A program made the position numbers and the translations under genes. Of a stretch of 64,000 nt of DNA, positions 55,246 through 64,000 are shown one piece after another. This DNA is from Rhodothermales bacterium. GTDB lineage: Bacteria; Bacteroidota; Rhodothermia; Rhodothermales; VXPQ01. Each line of letters opens with the position of its first letter. Position 1 is the stretch's first letter. The notes under the pieces were generated by a model. It saw nothing but the letters and a program-made list of their open reading frames with translations, was not told the DNA's origin and did no database searches. The DNA lies in NCBI GenBank assembly GCA_040904565.1, contig JBBDTI010000075.1, forward strand, positions 106,941-170,940. Reading direction: 5' to 3'.

Positions 55246-58200
55246 TTAGCGGCCGGCGGATTTTGAAAGCGACTCGTAATACTTCTCGACGAGCTCCCGA
55301 TATTCGGGTGGAACGTTCCCGGGGCGGCTCCCGTGCAGTTTCTTTGCCATGCTGATGCGATCCAGTTCTCGCAGCAGCTCTTCTTCGAGCTGCGACAGGG
55401 GCGCAAAGATTTCCCGTTCGAAAAATGCTCGTGCCGCTTCCCCTTCGAGCGTCACGTTGGGATTGTCCGCTCTGGACACAGCGCGGCTGAGATTGTCGAG
55501 CGCACCACCGGCGGGCGTGCCTCCGAGGTCTTCCTGCATCCGGCGTATTTGCTCCCTGGCCCTGTCGAGCCGAGCCTGTCGGCTTGCCGCGCCGGCTCGC
55601 GCAGCGCGATCTCCGCCACCCTGCCCGGATGAGGCCTCTCCGGAAGACGACGGCTGGTCTCCGCCCTGTCCTTCCGCCGGCTCGCCCTGGCCTTCACCAC
55701 CCGCCGATCCCCGGGCTGCTTCCCCAGTCTGCTGGTCTCCGCTGGACGGTCCGGCCTGCTCGTCGCGCAGGCGCTCGAGTTCGCGTTCGAGCTCTCGAAG
55801 CGACTGCATCGACCTCGCGAGCCGCTCTTCGTCCGTCACCGGAAGCTGTCCCTCGAAAGCACGCATCTCCTGTTCGAGGCGCTCCATGCCGCGGCGGATA
55901 CTCTCCTGCCGGCGCTCCGCGTTGTCGAGCCATCCCCGCACGATGGCCCGCTCGGAATCGTCCATCTGCTCTTCGAGCGCCTCGCGCCGCAATCCCTGCC
56001 GCAGGTTTCGCGCCGCGGAGGCGATCTCGGGCGTGTCGGCGTGCTCTTCCGCGACGCGCTCTACCTGCTCCCGGAATCGCTCCAGCGCCTCGCGATTCGA
56101 CCTGCGCCGCTCGGCCAGCTCTTCCAGGCCTTCCGCATCCAGCCGGCCCTCCTCCTGCGCCTCCCGCGCTGCGCGCTGGAGATCGCGTGCCAGCGCCTCT
56201 TCCTGCTCGCGCATCCCGTCGAATTCGCGGTCCATTTCCTGCAGTGCCTCCCGACGGCCGTCGTTCGTCGCCACCCGCATGTCGCGCGTCATCCGTTCCA
56301 GCTCGTTCACGGCCTGCTGCTGCCGCGCGCGAGCCCGGTCTACGTCACCGTCGCGCAGCGCCTCCTGCGCCTCCTGCATGTTGCGGGTTATGCGTTCGAG
56401 CTGTTCCCGTGCCTCTTCGCTGGAACGTCCGTTCCGGCTCTGCATGCCGCGCATCTGCCGCGCAAGCTGCTGCGCCTCTCGCCTCAGCTCGTCCTGGTCC
56501 CGCGTAAGGCGTTCCACCTGCCGACGCTGCTCCTCACCTTCGAGCTCCTGACGGCTCTGGTTGGCCAGGTTCTGTTGACGCCTGGAGAGTTCACGCAGCC
56601 GCTGAAGCGCCTCGTCCATCTCTCCGCCGGCTCCGGCGGACTGACCCGAACGTTCGGGGAGCACCTCGTACTTATCCTTCGAGATATCCAGCTCGAGGTC
56701 CATCAGCTCCGTCATGCGCTCCTCCGTAGCACCGCCCCCGCCGCCTCCCTGGTTGCCTCGATTGAGGGCCACGTTCTGCTCGCGATTCAGCGCGTCCGCT
56801 TTCAGCAGCGCGTTGAGTGCCTCGCGTTCGGGCGTGAGCGCCTCACGGAGTCGATTCGCATTCAACTCGATGACGGCACCGCCCATCGCCTCGACGGCGC
56901 TCCGGAGCAGCTCGACGACACGCCGACTGTCGTCGTCCGTCTGGAGCTCGACGGAAAACGCGGTGCTGCTGATGCGTTCCTGAATGTTGCCTCGCAGGCT
57001 CTCCTGAGCCTGGACGAGCGCGCGGCGTGACGATTCGAACTCCTCCTCATTCATTCGATCCCGCTCTCGTACGAGCCGCCACGTGGCCGCAATAATCTGC
57101 TGCTGATTGAGCACGATGGCACTCTGTCCACCGCCCCCCTGCATACCGCCCGCCGTCACCTGCCTGTATTCCTGATCGAACGGAATCACCTCGATGAAAT
57201 ACATGTCGCTCATCTCGGGCGACTCGTGGAAGGCATCTTCCGCTTCCACGAAATACGATATGACGTCACCCGGCTCCAGGGCGTAGTCCTCGAGGAAGAA
57301 GAGATGTTCTCCCTCAACCTCCCTGGCCCGCTCATTCCGGGCGTCGTTCAATACGACCGTCTGCTCCTCACCGGCATTGACGGCGAACCGGAGCCGTACG
57401 TCCTCGATCCCGAAATCGTCCTCGACTCGCACGGCCATGAGCACCTCTTCGATCGCATTCGCCCTCACGTCGCGCTGCGGATCCGTAATCGTGATGCGCG
57501 GCCGCTGATCGTCGATCGGTATGACCTGATATTCGTCAGGAAACTTGTTCTCTTTCCCCTGATCGTCGACCAGTCGAATGTGGTACAGTCCCTCGAAATC
57601 GAGCTTCATCAATGCTCTAAAGCGGCCGGCGTCCGTCCGCTCGAGGGGAATGCGAACGCCATCGTCTCGGACCAGCTCTCCCTCAACGGCATTACCCGTC
57701 GTGGACACGTCGATCGACACGTCGGATCCGCGAAGACCGAAAATGTCGCCGGTACCCTCCTCCGTCTCAGGGGCCATTCCGGTATACTGGGGATAGGCAT
57801 AGGTTACGTCGATACTGCTGACGGACGGAAACGTGTACAACGATACGGTGAAGACATCCGACCGCTGCTCGTCGTGCTGGACGAAGTACTCCAGCGGCTG
57901 CTGCACCGACACAAATTCGTGGAGATAATCGGGCTGACCGATCGCCGGGCGCATCACCTCCCGCTGCCACTCGCCATCCGCGTTCCGATAATTGATGACG
58001 ACATCGCGATCGGTTTCCTCTCGCAGTGAAACCACGACGTCCTGCGATCCACCTCTCTCAATCTCTACGTCACCGGGATCGATCGTCATGAAGGGCAGGC
58101 TTACCGGCATCAATTCGGACAGACTGCCGCTGCCGATCGTCAGGCGCACGTCGTCGATCGCGGAATAGCCCAGAATGAGAAAGAAAGCCAGTGCGATCGC

Positions 58201-58665
58201 ACTGGCGCCGGCGAGCATCCGCTCCCGGTGTCGATCTACGACCGTCGTCAGCGGTACGCTTCGAGCACGCTCTGCCGCATCGTCGATGAGCCGGTCTACC
58301 AGGATACCGTGCGCACGCCGGGCGGAGGCCGGATCGTCGATTTCGACGGCACTGTTGAGCCGATCCTGCAGCTCCGGAACGCGCTCCTCAATCAGGAGGG
58401 CGATCCGTTCGTCGGGGATACGCCGCAGCGCCGGCCGAACGATGAACTGAACCCCGAGTCCGATCACCAGGAGTCCGCCTACCACGGCAAGCACCAGCAG
58501 GACGATCGGCGGAAGTTCGACGACCCGGTACAGCAACAGGAGACCCAGACCCCATCCGGCGAGGACGCCGACCGTGACGGCCGTACCCTGCAGCATGGCA
58601 CGCCGCCGCCAGCGGGAGCGAATATCCCGAATCAGTTCGCGAACTCGAATTCGACTGTACGACAT
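55246..58665 (-). CDS. Giant DUF4175-like membrane protein with an approximately 550-aa Glu/Arg-rich coiled-coil region
   Basis: About 1139 aa from the ATG at 58665 (GAGGAA upstream). An N-terminal hairpin of TM helices is followed by PDERIALLIEERVPELQDRLNSAVE, a third TM and a beta-rich region of about 330 aa. Long heptad-like E/R/Q/L sequence follows, and the C-terminus reads PPEYRELVEKYYESL. Confidence 0.7.
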   Translation of the reverse strand: MSYSRIRVRELIRDIRSRWRRRAMLQGTAVTVGVLAGWGLGLLLLYRVVELPPIVLLVLAVVGGLLVIGLGVQFIVRPALRRIPDERIALLIEERVPELQDRLNSAVEIDDPASARRAHGILVDRLIDDAAERARSVPLTTVVDRHRERMLAGASAIALAFFLILGYSAIDDVRLTIGSGSLSELMPVSLPFMTIDPGDVEIERGGSQDVVVSLREETDRDVVINYRNADGEWQREVMRPAIGQPDYLHEFVSVQQPLEYFVQHDEQRSDVFTVSLYTFPSVSSIDVTYAYPQYTGMAPETEEGTGDIFGLRGSDVSIDVSTTGNAVEGELVRDDGVRIPLERTDAGRFRALMKLDFEGLYHIRLVDDQGKENKFPDEYQVIPIDDQRPRITITDPQRDVRANAIEEVLMAVRVEDDFGIEDVRLRFAVNAGEEQTVVLNDARNERAREVEGEHLFFLEDYALEPGDVISYFVEAEDAFHESPEMSDMYFIEVIPFDQEYRQVTAGGMQGGGGQSAIVLNQQQIIAATWRLVRERDRMNEEEFESSRRALVQAQESLRGNIQERISSTAFSVELQTDDDSRRVVELLRSAVEAMGGAVIELNANRLREALTPEREALNALLKADALNREQNVALNRGNQGGGGGGATEERMTELMDLELDISKDKYEVLPERSGQSAGAGGEMDEALQRLRELSRRQQNLANQSRQELEGEEQRRQVERLTRDQDELRREAQQLARQMRGMQSRNGRSSEEAREQLERITRNMQEAQEALRDGDVDRARARQQQAVNELERMTRDMRVATNDGRREALQEMDREFDGMREQEEALARDLQRAAREAQEEGRLDAEGLEELAERRRSNREALERFREQVERVAEEHADTPEIASAARNLRQGLRREALEEQMDDSERAIVRGWLDNAERRQESIRRGMERLEQEMRAFEGQLPVTDEERLARSMQSLRELERELERLRDEQAGPSSGDQQTGEAARGSAGGEGQGEPAEGQGGDQPSSSGEASSGQGGGDRAARAGAASRQARLDRAREQIRRMQEDLGGTPAGGALDNLSRAVSRADNPNVTLEGEAARAFFEREIFAPLSQLEEELLRELDRISMAKKLHGSRPGNVPPEYRELVEKYYESLSKSAGR

Positions 58666-58717
58666 GCTGGTTCCTCGTTCCCTGCTTCGTTCGGTGTGCT
58701 GCGTCGCCTTCGTCTGC

Positions 58718-60808
58718 CTACCGTCTACCTCTTGCCTGCGCCGGTTGTCGCTGCAGCGGTGGTCCCGTCGGATTCCGCTTCCGTGCACCGCGATTCGCGA
58801 AATACGTCTCCACCATGAACAGCGCCAGGACGGCGATCAGGAGCACTCGCCACAGTTTCTGGCTCCGCTCGTCCGTCTCCAGCGCCGCTGCCGACGCCTC
58901 TTCCGGCGTGACCGCCACGTCATCCTGCGGCGGAGCGACGGCGGCGTACGCCTCCTCCGCGTCCCGTCGCCTCAAATCCGACTCCTGCGGGTCGACGTTC
59001 ACGGAGAACAACGTCCGTCCTGCCTCCGACGCCGCGGCATAGTGGCCGGGCACCTCCGTCTCGCGAAAGTAGCCGCGGCCCTGTTCGTCCAGCGTGACCC
59101 GATAGAGGTGGTCACCCGGGGTTCGGATTTCCACCGTTTCCGCCGCACGTCCTTCCAGCGGAACGGGATCACCGACGAGATAGGTATTCGACCGGGCTGA
59201 CGCGCCGACGCCGTACCGAACGAGCTGATAGAGAAACGGAACATACATCTCATCGAGCGGGAGGTCGGTCCACGCCGTGTTCAGCGAAGAGGCATAGAAC
59301 ACGACTCGGCCGTTCCCGACCGCGCGCTCGGCCAGGAACACGTCTCCGCTGTCGAAGCGCCCGAGAACGGTGGTCCCCTCCGCCGGGATGAGCCGGGCAT
59401 ACTGCCGAAACTGCGGACGAAGAATCGCCGCGCGCCCGTTGCCCCGGAACGGCTCGAAGATCGGATGGCGCACCTCGATTTCCCCGATAATCACCTCATA
59501 TCCTAACTGATCGCGAGCCTCGACGATCCCCTCGATCCTCCCCATCCCGAACGCCTCGATCGTGCTCGAAAGCGATCCGGCGCCGAACGCCTCGGACGCC
59601 GTGATGACCAGCGTCCCTCCTTCTTCCACAAACCGCTGGAGGAGCGATCGGTCGCTCGCCGTGACGGCGGCCGAGAGGAACGTCACCTGTGCGTTATCGA
59701 GTACGCCCACGGTTGGACGCTCTGCCGCGCTGAACCCAAACCGCGCACCCTCGTCGAGATCGAACACGCTACGCAGATAAAACGCAGGACGCCGACCTGT
59801 TTCAGCCGGCGCATCGATCGCGAGTACGTTCGGCCGGCCGTCCATCCGGTCCGTAAAGTAAAAGCGGTCGTCGTCGGGAAGGTCATCGGAATCGACGGAG
59901 AGTGTGCCCTGATAATAGCCTTCACGGGTGACGTACTGCTGAAACGTAACGGGGGCCGAGGCACGCCCGGGCAGCTGCTGACGGTCTACCTCCACCCCAT
60001 CTACCACGAGGGATACGGTCCGGCTACGCTGAGCGGCACCCCCGATCGCCGCCACGCGAGCATCGAAGCGAACCGCTTCTCCCTCTGCGGCCGAGCGCGT
60101 TGCCAGCTCGAATGCCTCCACGTACGCATTGTCCGGCTCGCCCGACGCCACCGAGACGGGCTCGAAGATCGTCCCGGACTGCAGCGTCCAGTCGGCGAGG
60201 GATCCCGACCAGCCGACTTCCTGAAAGTCGGAAACCATCACCACGACACGTCGATCGTGCCGGGCGTCGGCGAGAACGTCTTCGGCGCGCTGCAGCGCCG
60301 GAAAGAAGTCCGTCGTCCGATATCCGGCTTCCAGCATGCCCAGTGCACTTGCGTGCACGGTGGGATCGGCATCCAGGCTCGACAGCATCTGGACCCGGTC
60401 GTCGAAAGCGATAATCGCTATCTCGTCGTCCGGTCCCGCTGTTTCGATGCGCTGTCGGACGGCGCTGAGGGCCCGATCGAATGTGTCGCCGTGCCGCATA
60501 CTGAGTGACCGGTCTATCAGCACGACGACGGACTCGCTCGCTCGCTGATCGACGAAGGGAAGCTGCTCCGAAGGCAGATACGGACGCGCGAAGACCAGAG
60601 CCAGCAGAGCAAGCAAAGCGGCGCGCGCCAGCATCAGCAGGCGATCCTTCAAGCGTCGCTTACGGATAAGTTCCTTGGGCGTTGCCTTCAGGAACTTGAG
60701 CGAACTGAAGGGTACCGTCCTCGCACGCATTCGGCGGACGAGATGGTACAGCACCGGCAGCACGGCGGCTGCCGTGGCGAACAGGAATATGGAATTGATG
60801 AATGACAC
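58718..60808 (-). CDS. BatA_N (N-terminal double-TM aerotolerance-regulator domain) - vWA - extended C-region membrane protein
   Basis: 696-aa ORF with N-terminus MSFINSIFLFATAAAVLPVLYHLVRRM...LLALLALVFARPYL, as in BatA-type proteins. The vWA MIDAS is VVVLIDRSLSM and VVVMVSDFQ. The C-terminal TM reads LWRVLLIAVLALFMVETYFANR. Confidence 0.8.
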   Translation of the reverse strand: MSFINSIFLFATAAAVLPVLYHLVRRMRARTVPFSSLKFLKATPKELIRKRRLKDRLLMLARAALLALLALVFARPYLPSEQLPFVDQRASESVVVLIDRSLSMRHGDTFDRALSAVRQRIETAGPDDEIAIIAFDDRVQMLSSLDADPTVHASALGMLEAGYRTTDFFPALQRAEDVLADARHDRRVVVMVSDFQEVGWSGSLADWTLQSGTIFEPVSVASGEPDNAYVEAFELATRSAAEGEAVRFDARVAAIGGAAQRSRTVSLVVDGVEVDRQQLPGRASAPVTFQQYVTREGYYQGTLSVDSDDLPDDDRFYFTDRMDGRPNVLAIDAPAETGRRPAFYLRSVFDLDEGARFGFSAAERPTVGVLDNAQVTFLSAAVTASDRSLLQRFVEEGGTLVITASEAFGAGSLSSTIEAFGMGRIEGIVEARDQLGYEVIIGEIEVRHPIFEPFRGNGRAAILRPQFRQYARLIPAEGTTVLGRFDSGDVFLAERAVGNGRVVFYASSLNTAWTDLPLDEMYVPFLYQLVRYGVGASARSNTYLVGDPVPLEGRAAETVEIRTPGDHLYRVTLDEQGRGYFRETEVPGHYAAASEAGRTLFSVNVDPQESDLRRRDAEEAYAAVAPPQDDVAVTPEEASAAALETDERSQKLWRVLLIAVLALFMVETYFANRGARKRNPTGPPLQRQPAQARGRR

Positions 60809-60832
60809 GTCGAAGGGCTTATCTGGTAGGAG

Positions 60833-61720
60833 CTATACGCGTTTTGCCCGGGCGGCAAGATATTCGAACAGCGCGAAGTCGAGCGGTTGATCGGTAGACA
60901 GGAGGTGATAATCGATTCCCATGCGTCCGCATGCGCGCCGAAGCTTTGACGTAAACTCGTTCAGGTTCACCAGATACGCCTCCCGGGCCGACTCGGCGGC
61001 CACGAGGTATTTTTCCCCGGTCTCCAGATCCTCGAACTCCACCATATCCGAATAGTCGAATGAGAGCTCCTGTGGATCCATCACGTGGAACACGATCACC
61101 TCGTGGCCCTGATACCGGAAATGACGGAGTCCGTCCGCGATCGCATCCGCATCATCGAGCAGATCGGAAATGAGGACGACGAATCCGCGGCGGCGGCGGC
61201 GTTCGGCCAGCTCGTGGAGCGGTTTCCCCATATCGGTCTGCGTCCCCGGCTTCGCGCGCTCGAGGATTTCGAGCAGCGTGTGCAGGTGTCCCGTCGTGCT
61301 CTTCGCCGGGATGTGATTGACGATCTTGTCGTCAAACAACGTGAGTCCGGCCCCGTCGCGCTGCCGGATGATGAGATAGGCGAGCGAAGCGGCCAGGTAC
61401 GATCCGTAGGCTCGCTTCGAAAGTCCGTTCGAGCCGAATTCCATCGACCCGCTGATATCCAGCAGGATGTCCAGCGACGTATTCGTTTCGTCCTCAAACT
61501 CCTTGACGTAATACCGATCCGACCGCGCGTACAGCTTCCAGTCGACGTGCATGAGGTCGTCGCCCGGGATGTAGGGGCGGTACGACATGAACTCCACCGA
61601 AAAGCCCTTATAGGGGCTTCGATGGAGTCCGGCCACGAAACCTTCCACGACGGACCGTGCCCGCAGCTCCATGTTGGAGATTCGGGACAGGACCGTGGGT
61701 TCTATAAAACGAGTGGCCAT
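60833..61720 (-). CDS. DUF58 protein (MoxR-associated, vWA-like)
   Basis: 295-aa ORF with the hallmark DUF58 N-region GLHRSPYKGFSVEFMSYRPYIPGDDLMHVDWKLYARSDRYYVKEFEDE, directly downstream of moxR. Confidence 0.88.
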   Translation of the reverse strand: MATRFIEPTVLSRISNMELRARSVVEGFVAGLHRSPYKGFSVEFMSYRPYIPGDDLMHVDWKLYARSDRYYVKEFEDETNTSLDILLDISGSMEFGSNGLSKRAYGSYLAASLAYLIIRQRDGAGLTLFDDKIVNHIPAKSTTGHLHTLLEILERAKPGTQTDMGKPLHELAERRRRRGFVVLISDLLDDADAIADGLRHFRYQGHEVIVFHVMDPQELSFDYSDMVEFEDLETGEKYLVAAESAREAYLVNLNEFTSKLRRACGRMGIDYHLLSTDQPLDFALFEYLAARAKRV

Positions 61721-61790
61721 TTCGGAAGGTCTTCATTTCGGTAAGCGGCATCGCGACCTCGCGCCGCGCGTCGATTCCCGCTACGGGGGC

Positions 61791-62837
61791 TTACTCGAGT
61801 CCGGATGCGGGCTCCGGAATATGTTCGAGCAACATGTCGATGACCTGCTCGACGTCGACGTTCTCGGACTCCGCGTAGAAATTCGTCAGAACGCGGTGGC
61901 GAAGCACCGGATAGGCGAGATGGCGGATATCCTCGACGGCCACGTTGTATCGGTCGTGAAACACCGCACGCACCTTGGAACCCAGCAGTAGATATTGCGT
62001 CGCCCGCAGTCCGGCACCCCAGCTGACCCACTCTCGGACGAAGTCGGGGGCTTCCGCTTCATCGGGTCGCGTACTGCGAACGAGGTTCACGGCGAACTGC
62101 GCCACGTTGCGGGGTACGTACACCTTCTTAACGAGCTGCTGAAATGCCAGGATATCATCCCCCGAAAGAATTCGATCCAGGCTTTCTTCCTGCTTCGACG
62201 TGGTCGAGAGCGCCACCTCGAGCTCGTCGTCCGCGGAGAGATAGTCGATGACGATGTTGAACATAAACCGATCGAGCTGTGCTTCGGGAAGCGGGTACGT
62301 CCCTTCGAGTTCGATCGGATTCTGCGTCGCAAGCACGAAAAAGGGACGTTCGAGCGGCATCAGCTCCCCGCCGGCCGTCACCTGATATTCCTGCATGGCC
62401 TCGAGCAGTGCCGCCTGCGTCTTCGGCGGCGTGCGGTTGATCTCATCGGCCAGAATAATGTTGGCGAAGATCGGTCCGCGAACGAACTTGATCTCCCGCT
62501 TTCCGGAGGTCCGATCTTCCTCAATGATGTCGATCCCGGTGATATCCGCCGGCATCAGATCCGGCGTGAACTGGATTCGCTTGTAGCTCAGATCGAGAAT
62601 TTCTCCGAGCGACTTGATGAGCAGGGTCTTCGCCAGGCCGGGTACCCCGGTAATAAGGCAGTGGCCGCCGGCGAAAAGCGAAATGAGGACCTGCTCGATC
62701 ACCTCATGCTGGCCTACGATGCGTTTGCGGAGCTGCTCGATGATGCGTTCCTTGCCTTCCTGAAGGCGGGCGAGCACGGCCTCGTCTTCGCGCGGATCGA
62801 GCGATCCATTACGGTCTCGCTGGGGTATTTCCGACAT
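61791..62837 (-). CDS. MoxR-family AAA+ ATPase (copy 2, operon-embedded)
   Basis: 348-aa ORF with Walker A GVPGLAKT, Walker B ILADEINR and ATQNPIELEGTYPLPEAQLDRF. Confidence 0.93.
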   Translation of the reverse strand: MSEIPQRDRNGSLDPREDEAVLARLQEGKERIIEQLRKRIVGQHEVIEQVLISLFAGGHCLITGVPGLAKTLLIKSLGEILDLSYKRIQFTPDLMPADITGIDIIEEDRTSGKREIKFVRGPIFANIILADEINRTPPKTQAALLEAMQEYQVTAGGELMPLERPFFVLATQNPIELEGTYPLPEAQLDRFMFNIVIDYLSADDELEVALSTTSKQEESLDRILSGDDILAFQQLVKKVYVPRNVAQFAVNLVRSTRPDEAEAPDFVREWVSWGAGLRATQYLLLGSKVRAVFHDRYNVAVEDIRHLAYPVLRHRVLTNFYAESENVDVEQVIDMLLEHIPEPASGLE

Positions 62838-62844
62838 GAGTGCC

Positions 62845-63567
62845 TCAGTGCGTCAGTGCATACAAAACGAAATTCACGCCCATCTGAAAGGCGATCGTAG
62901 AAGACTGCTCGATGTTGCGCTCGGGCCATTCCCAACCGTCGCCGATATCCTGATTGTACAGGAGCAGGGCGATCATCCGGCCGTCGTCGCCGAACAGTGC
63001 GTAATACCGGTCTTCATAGCCTCCGGGACCGAAGCCGAATCCACCCCCACTCACCATGGAAGGAGCGGCCACGGGATCGACGTCGTAATACAGGCTCCAG
63101 ATCGCATGATCAGGCGCAAGCTCGACCGGATCCCGGTCCGGGTAGAGGCGCTTGAGCTGGCTGTTAAGCTGCTCGAGCTCTCGTCTCCCGCGAAAATCGT
63201 CGAACAGGATGAATCCACCGCGGTCCAGATACTCCCGGAGGTTCTCTACGTCATCCTCTCCCATCTCCCAGTACCCCGGCTCGCACAGATAGAGCACCGG
63301 GTATTCGAAGATGCGGTCGTCGTCGAGGGTCAGCACGAGTGGGGGCCCTTCGACGTAGATTTGCGTGGTCCGCTCGAGCGCTTCATAAAAATGCAATTCT
63401 GCCGTCGGATGGTCGTGACTCCACGGTGCACCGCCTCGAGAGCGTCCGCCCGCGCCGTCGGCATCGAAGCGAATGCGGACGAACCGAAAGCCATCATCGT
63501 CCGTCCCGCTCCTCGGGGCGGGAAGAACGAGGCCGATCGCCATCACAATGGTTGCGAGCTGGTACAT
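62845..63567 (-). CDS. DUF4159-like secreted/anchored protein
   Basis: 240-aa ORF with a hydrophobic N-terminus, then FRFVRIRFD...APWSHDHPTAELHFYEALERTT...YPVLYLCEPGYW...LREYLDRGGFILFDDF. This is remembered as typical of DUF4159. It ends 7 nt before the moxR start. Confidence 0.7.
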   Translation of the reverse strand: MYQLATIVMAIGLVLPAPRSGTDDDGFRFVRIRFDADGAGGRSRGGAPWSHDHPTAELHFYEALERTTQIYVEGPPLVLTLDDDRIFEYPVLYLCEPGYWEMGEDDVENLREYLDRGGFILFDDFRGRRELEQLNSQLKRLYPDRDPVELAPDHAIWSLYYDVDPVAAPSMVSGGGFGFGPGGYEDRYYALFGDDGRMIALLLYNQDIGDGWEWPERNIEQSSTIAFQMGVNFVLYALTH

Positions 63568-63620
63568 ACGGTAGACACGGATGCCGGACGTCCCGGCTGC
63601 TACTTAATCCACAAAGCTGC

Positions 63621-64000
63621 TCATTCCACAATGTCGAGGAGTAACCGTTGGGCTTCTCGGAAGTCCGGCGCGGCCTCCAGGGCGCGCAAGACGGCCCGTT
63701 TGGCTTCCGCAGAGCGGCCGGCGTGCCGCAGGCTGCGCGCCATGGCGTAGAATGCGCCGGCGCGGTCGGGCGGATTCAGCGCGACGACGGCTCGCCGATG
63801 CCGTACGGCCTCATCGTAGCGCCCCATCGATTCATAGAGCTCGGCGAGGTGCTCCCGTACGTCGGCATCATACGGAATGACGTACAGCGTCTGCGCCAGC
63901 ACCGCAGCGGATCGTGACGATTCGTCGCGCGCCTCGTACAGCGCGGCAAGCTCGAGGGCGGCGTCCGTTTCATGCTCCGCCCGGCTCAGGTACTCCGTCA
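63621..64000 (-). CDS. TPR-repeat protein, C-terminal part (open to the right window edge)
   Basis: The frame is open from 64000 down to the stop at 63621 (my own translation: ...TEYLSRAEHETDAALELAALYEARDES...). It has TPR-like A/L/Y periodicity (LAELYESMGRYDEAVRHRRAVVALNP). The ORF track shows only the part from an internal GTG. Confidence 0.7.
   Translation of the reverse strand, partial: TEYLSRAEHETDAALELAALYEARDESSRSAAVLAQTLYVIPYDADVREHLAELYESMGRYDEAVRHRRAVVALNPPDRAGAFYAMARSLRHAGRSAEAKRAVLRALEAAPDFREAQRLLLDIVE

Noticed and set aside
53515-56551. Long plus-strand ORFs (497, 400, 307 and 329 aa) opposite the vWA and DUF4175-like genes
   Set aside because: They are low-complexity Arg/Pro/Ser/Ala-rich translations mirroring GC-rich, repeat-like coding sequence on the minus strand. 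They have no start context or motifs.
58666-58788. Upstream 41-codon extension of the DUF4175-like ORF
   Set aside because: It would overlap the upstream gene by about 70 nt and is highly basic junk-like sequence. The ATG at 58665 has a GAGGAA Shine-Dalgarno sequence.
51863-64000. Interpreting the MoxR-vWA operon as an anti-phage conflict system of the vWA-MoxR ternary type
   Set aside because: I saw no nuclease, TIR, effector-toxin or NTPase-sensor modules. The components are predominantly membrane or envelope proteins resembling Bat-type operons. The legumain-like protein lacks the catalytic Cys. The idea is kept only as a remote possibility.

Overview
High-GC (about 65%), densely packed bacterial chromosomal segment with about 47 protein genes and one tRNA. 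I found no rRNA, CRISPR array, transposase or integrase. Many proteins carry Asp/Glu-rich extensions. Together with a Bat-like MoxR operon and a SurA/parvulin gene array, this suggests a halophilic Bacteroidota/Rhodothermota-type organism (Salinibacter-like); that placement is inference only. All domain calls come from motifs read by eye in the translations, with no database search. Left to right, the window holds these gene groups. (1) The classical translation operon rimP-nusA-infB-rbfA-truB-ribF, plus the first 13 codons of rpsO, on the minus strand. (2) nadB, then prfB with its canonical programmed +1 frameshift, which the ORF track misses. (3) A small membrane protein, an aminotransferase and an ACT-domain malic enzyme. 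(4) A PAS-PAS-GAF hybrid histidine kinase with a degenerate first receiver domain. (5) An unusually long rpsA, then cmk and a lipoprotein. (6) An overlapping chain of SpoU methyltransferase, mutA, mutB and meaB, followed by gltX. (7) Three tandem SurA/parvulin chaperone genes followed by an orphan MoxR ATPase and a GntR regulator. (8) rodZ-like, ligA, a sodium:solute symporter and a 7TM-HD (PgpH-like) phosphohydrolase. (9) fxsA, tRNA-Lys(CUU) and a DMT transporter. (10) A catalase-ankyrin pair with a divergent oxyR. (11) A CaCA antiporter and a phosphomannose isomerase. (12) The most interesting region, an approximately 12 kb, eight-gene minus-strand operon at 51863-64000. Its gene order is TPR, DUF4159-like, MoxR, DUF58, long BatA_N-vWA, giant DUF4175-like coiled-coil membrane protein, second TM-vWA protein, and a secreted legumain (C13)-like protein. 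In the legumain-like protein the catalytic Cys position is Ser. This operon differs from the classical Bacteroides Bat aerotolerance operon and, to my knowledge, has no assigned function.
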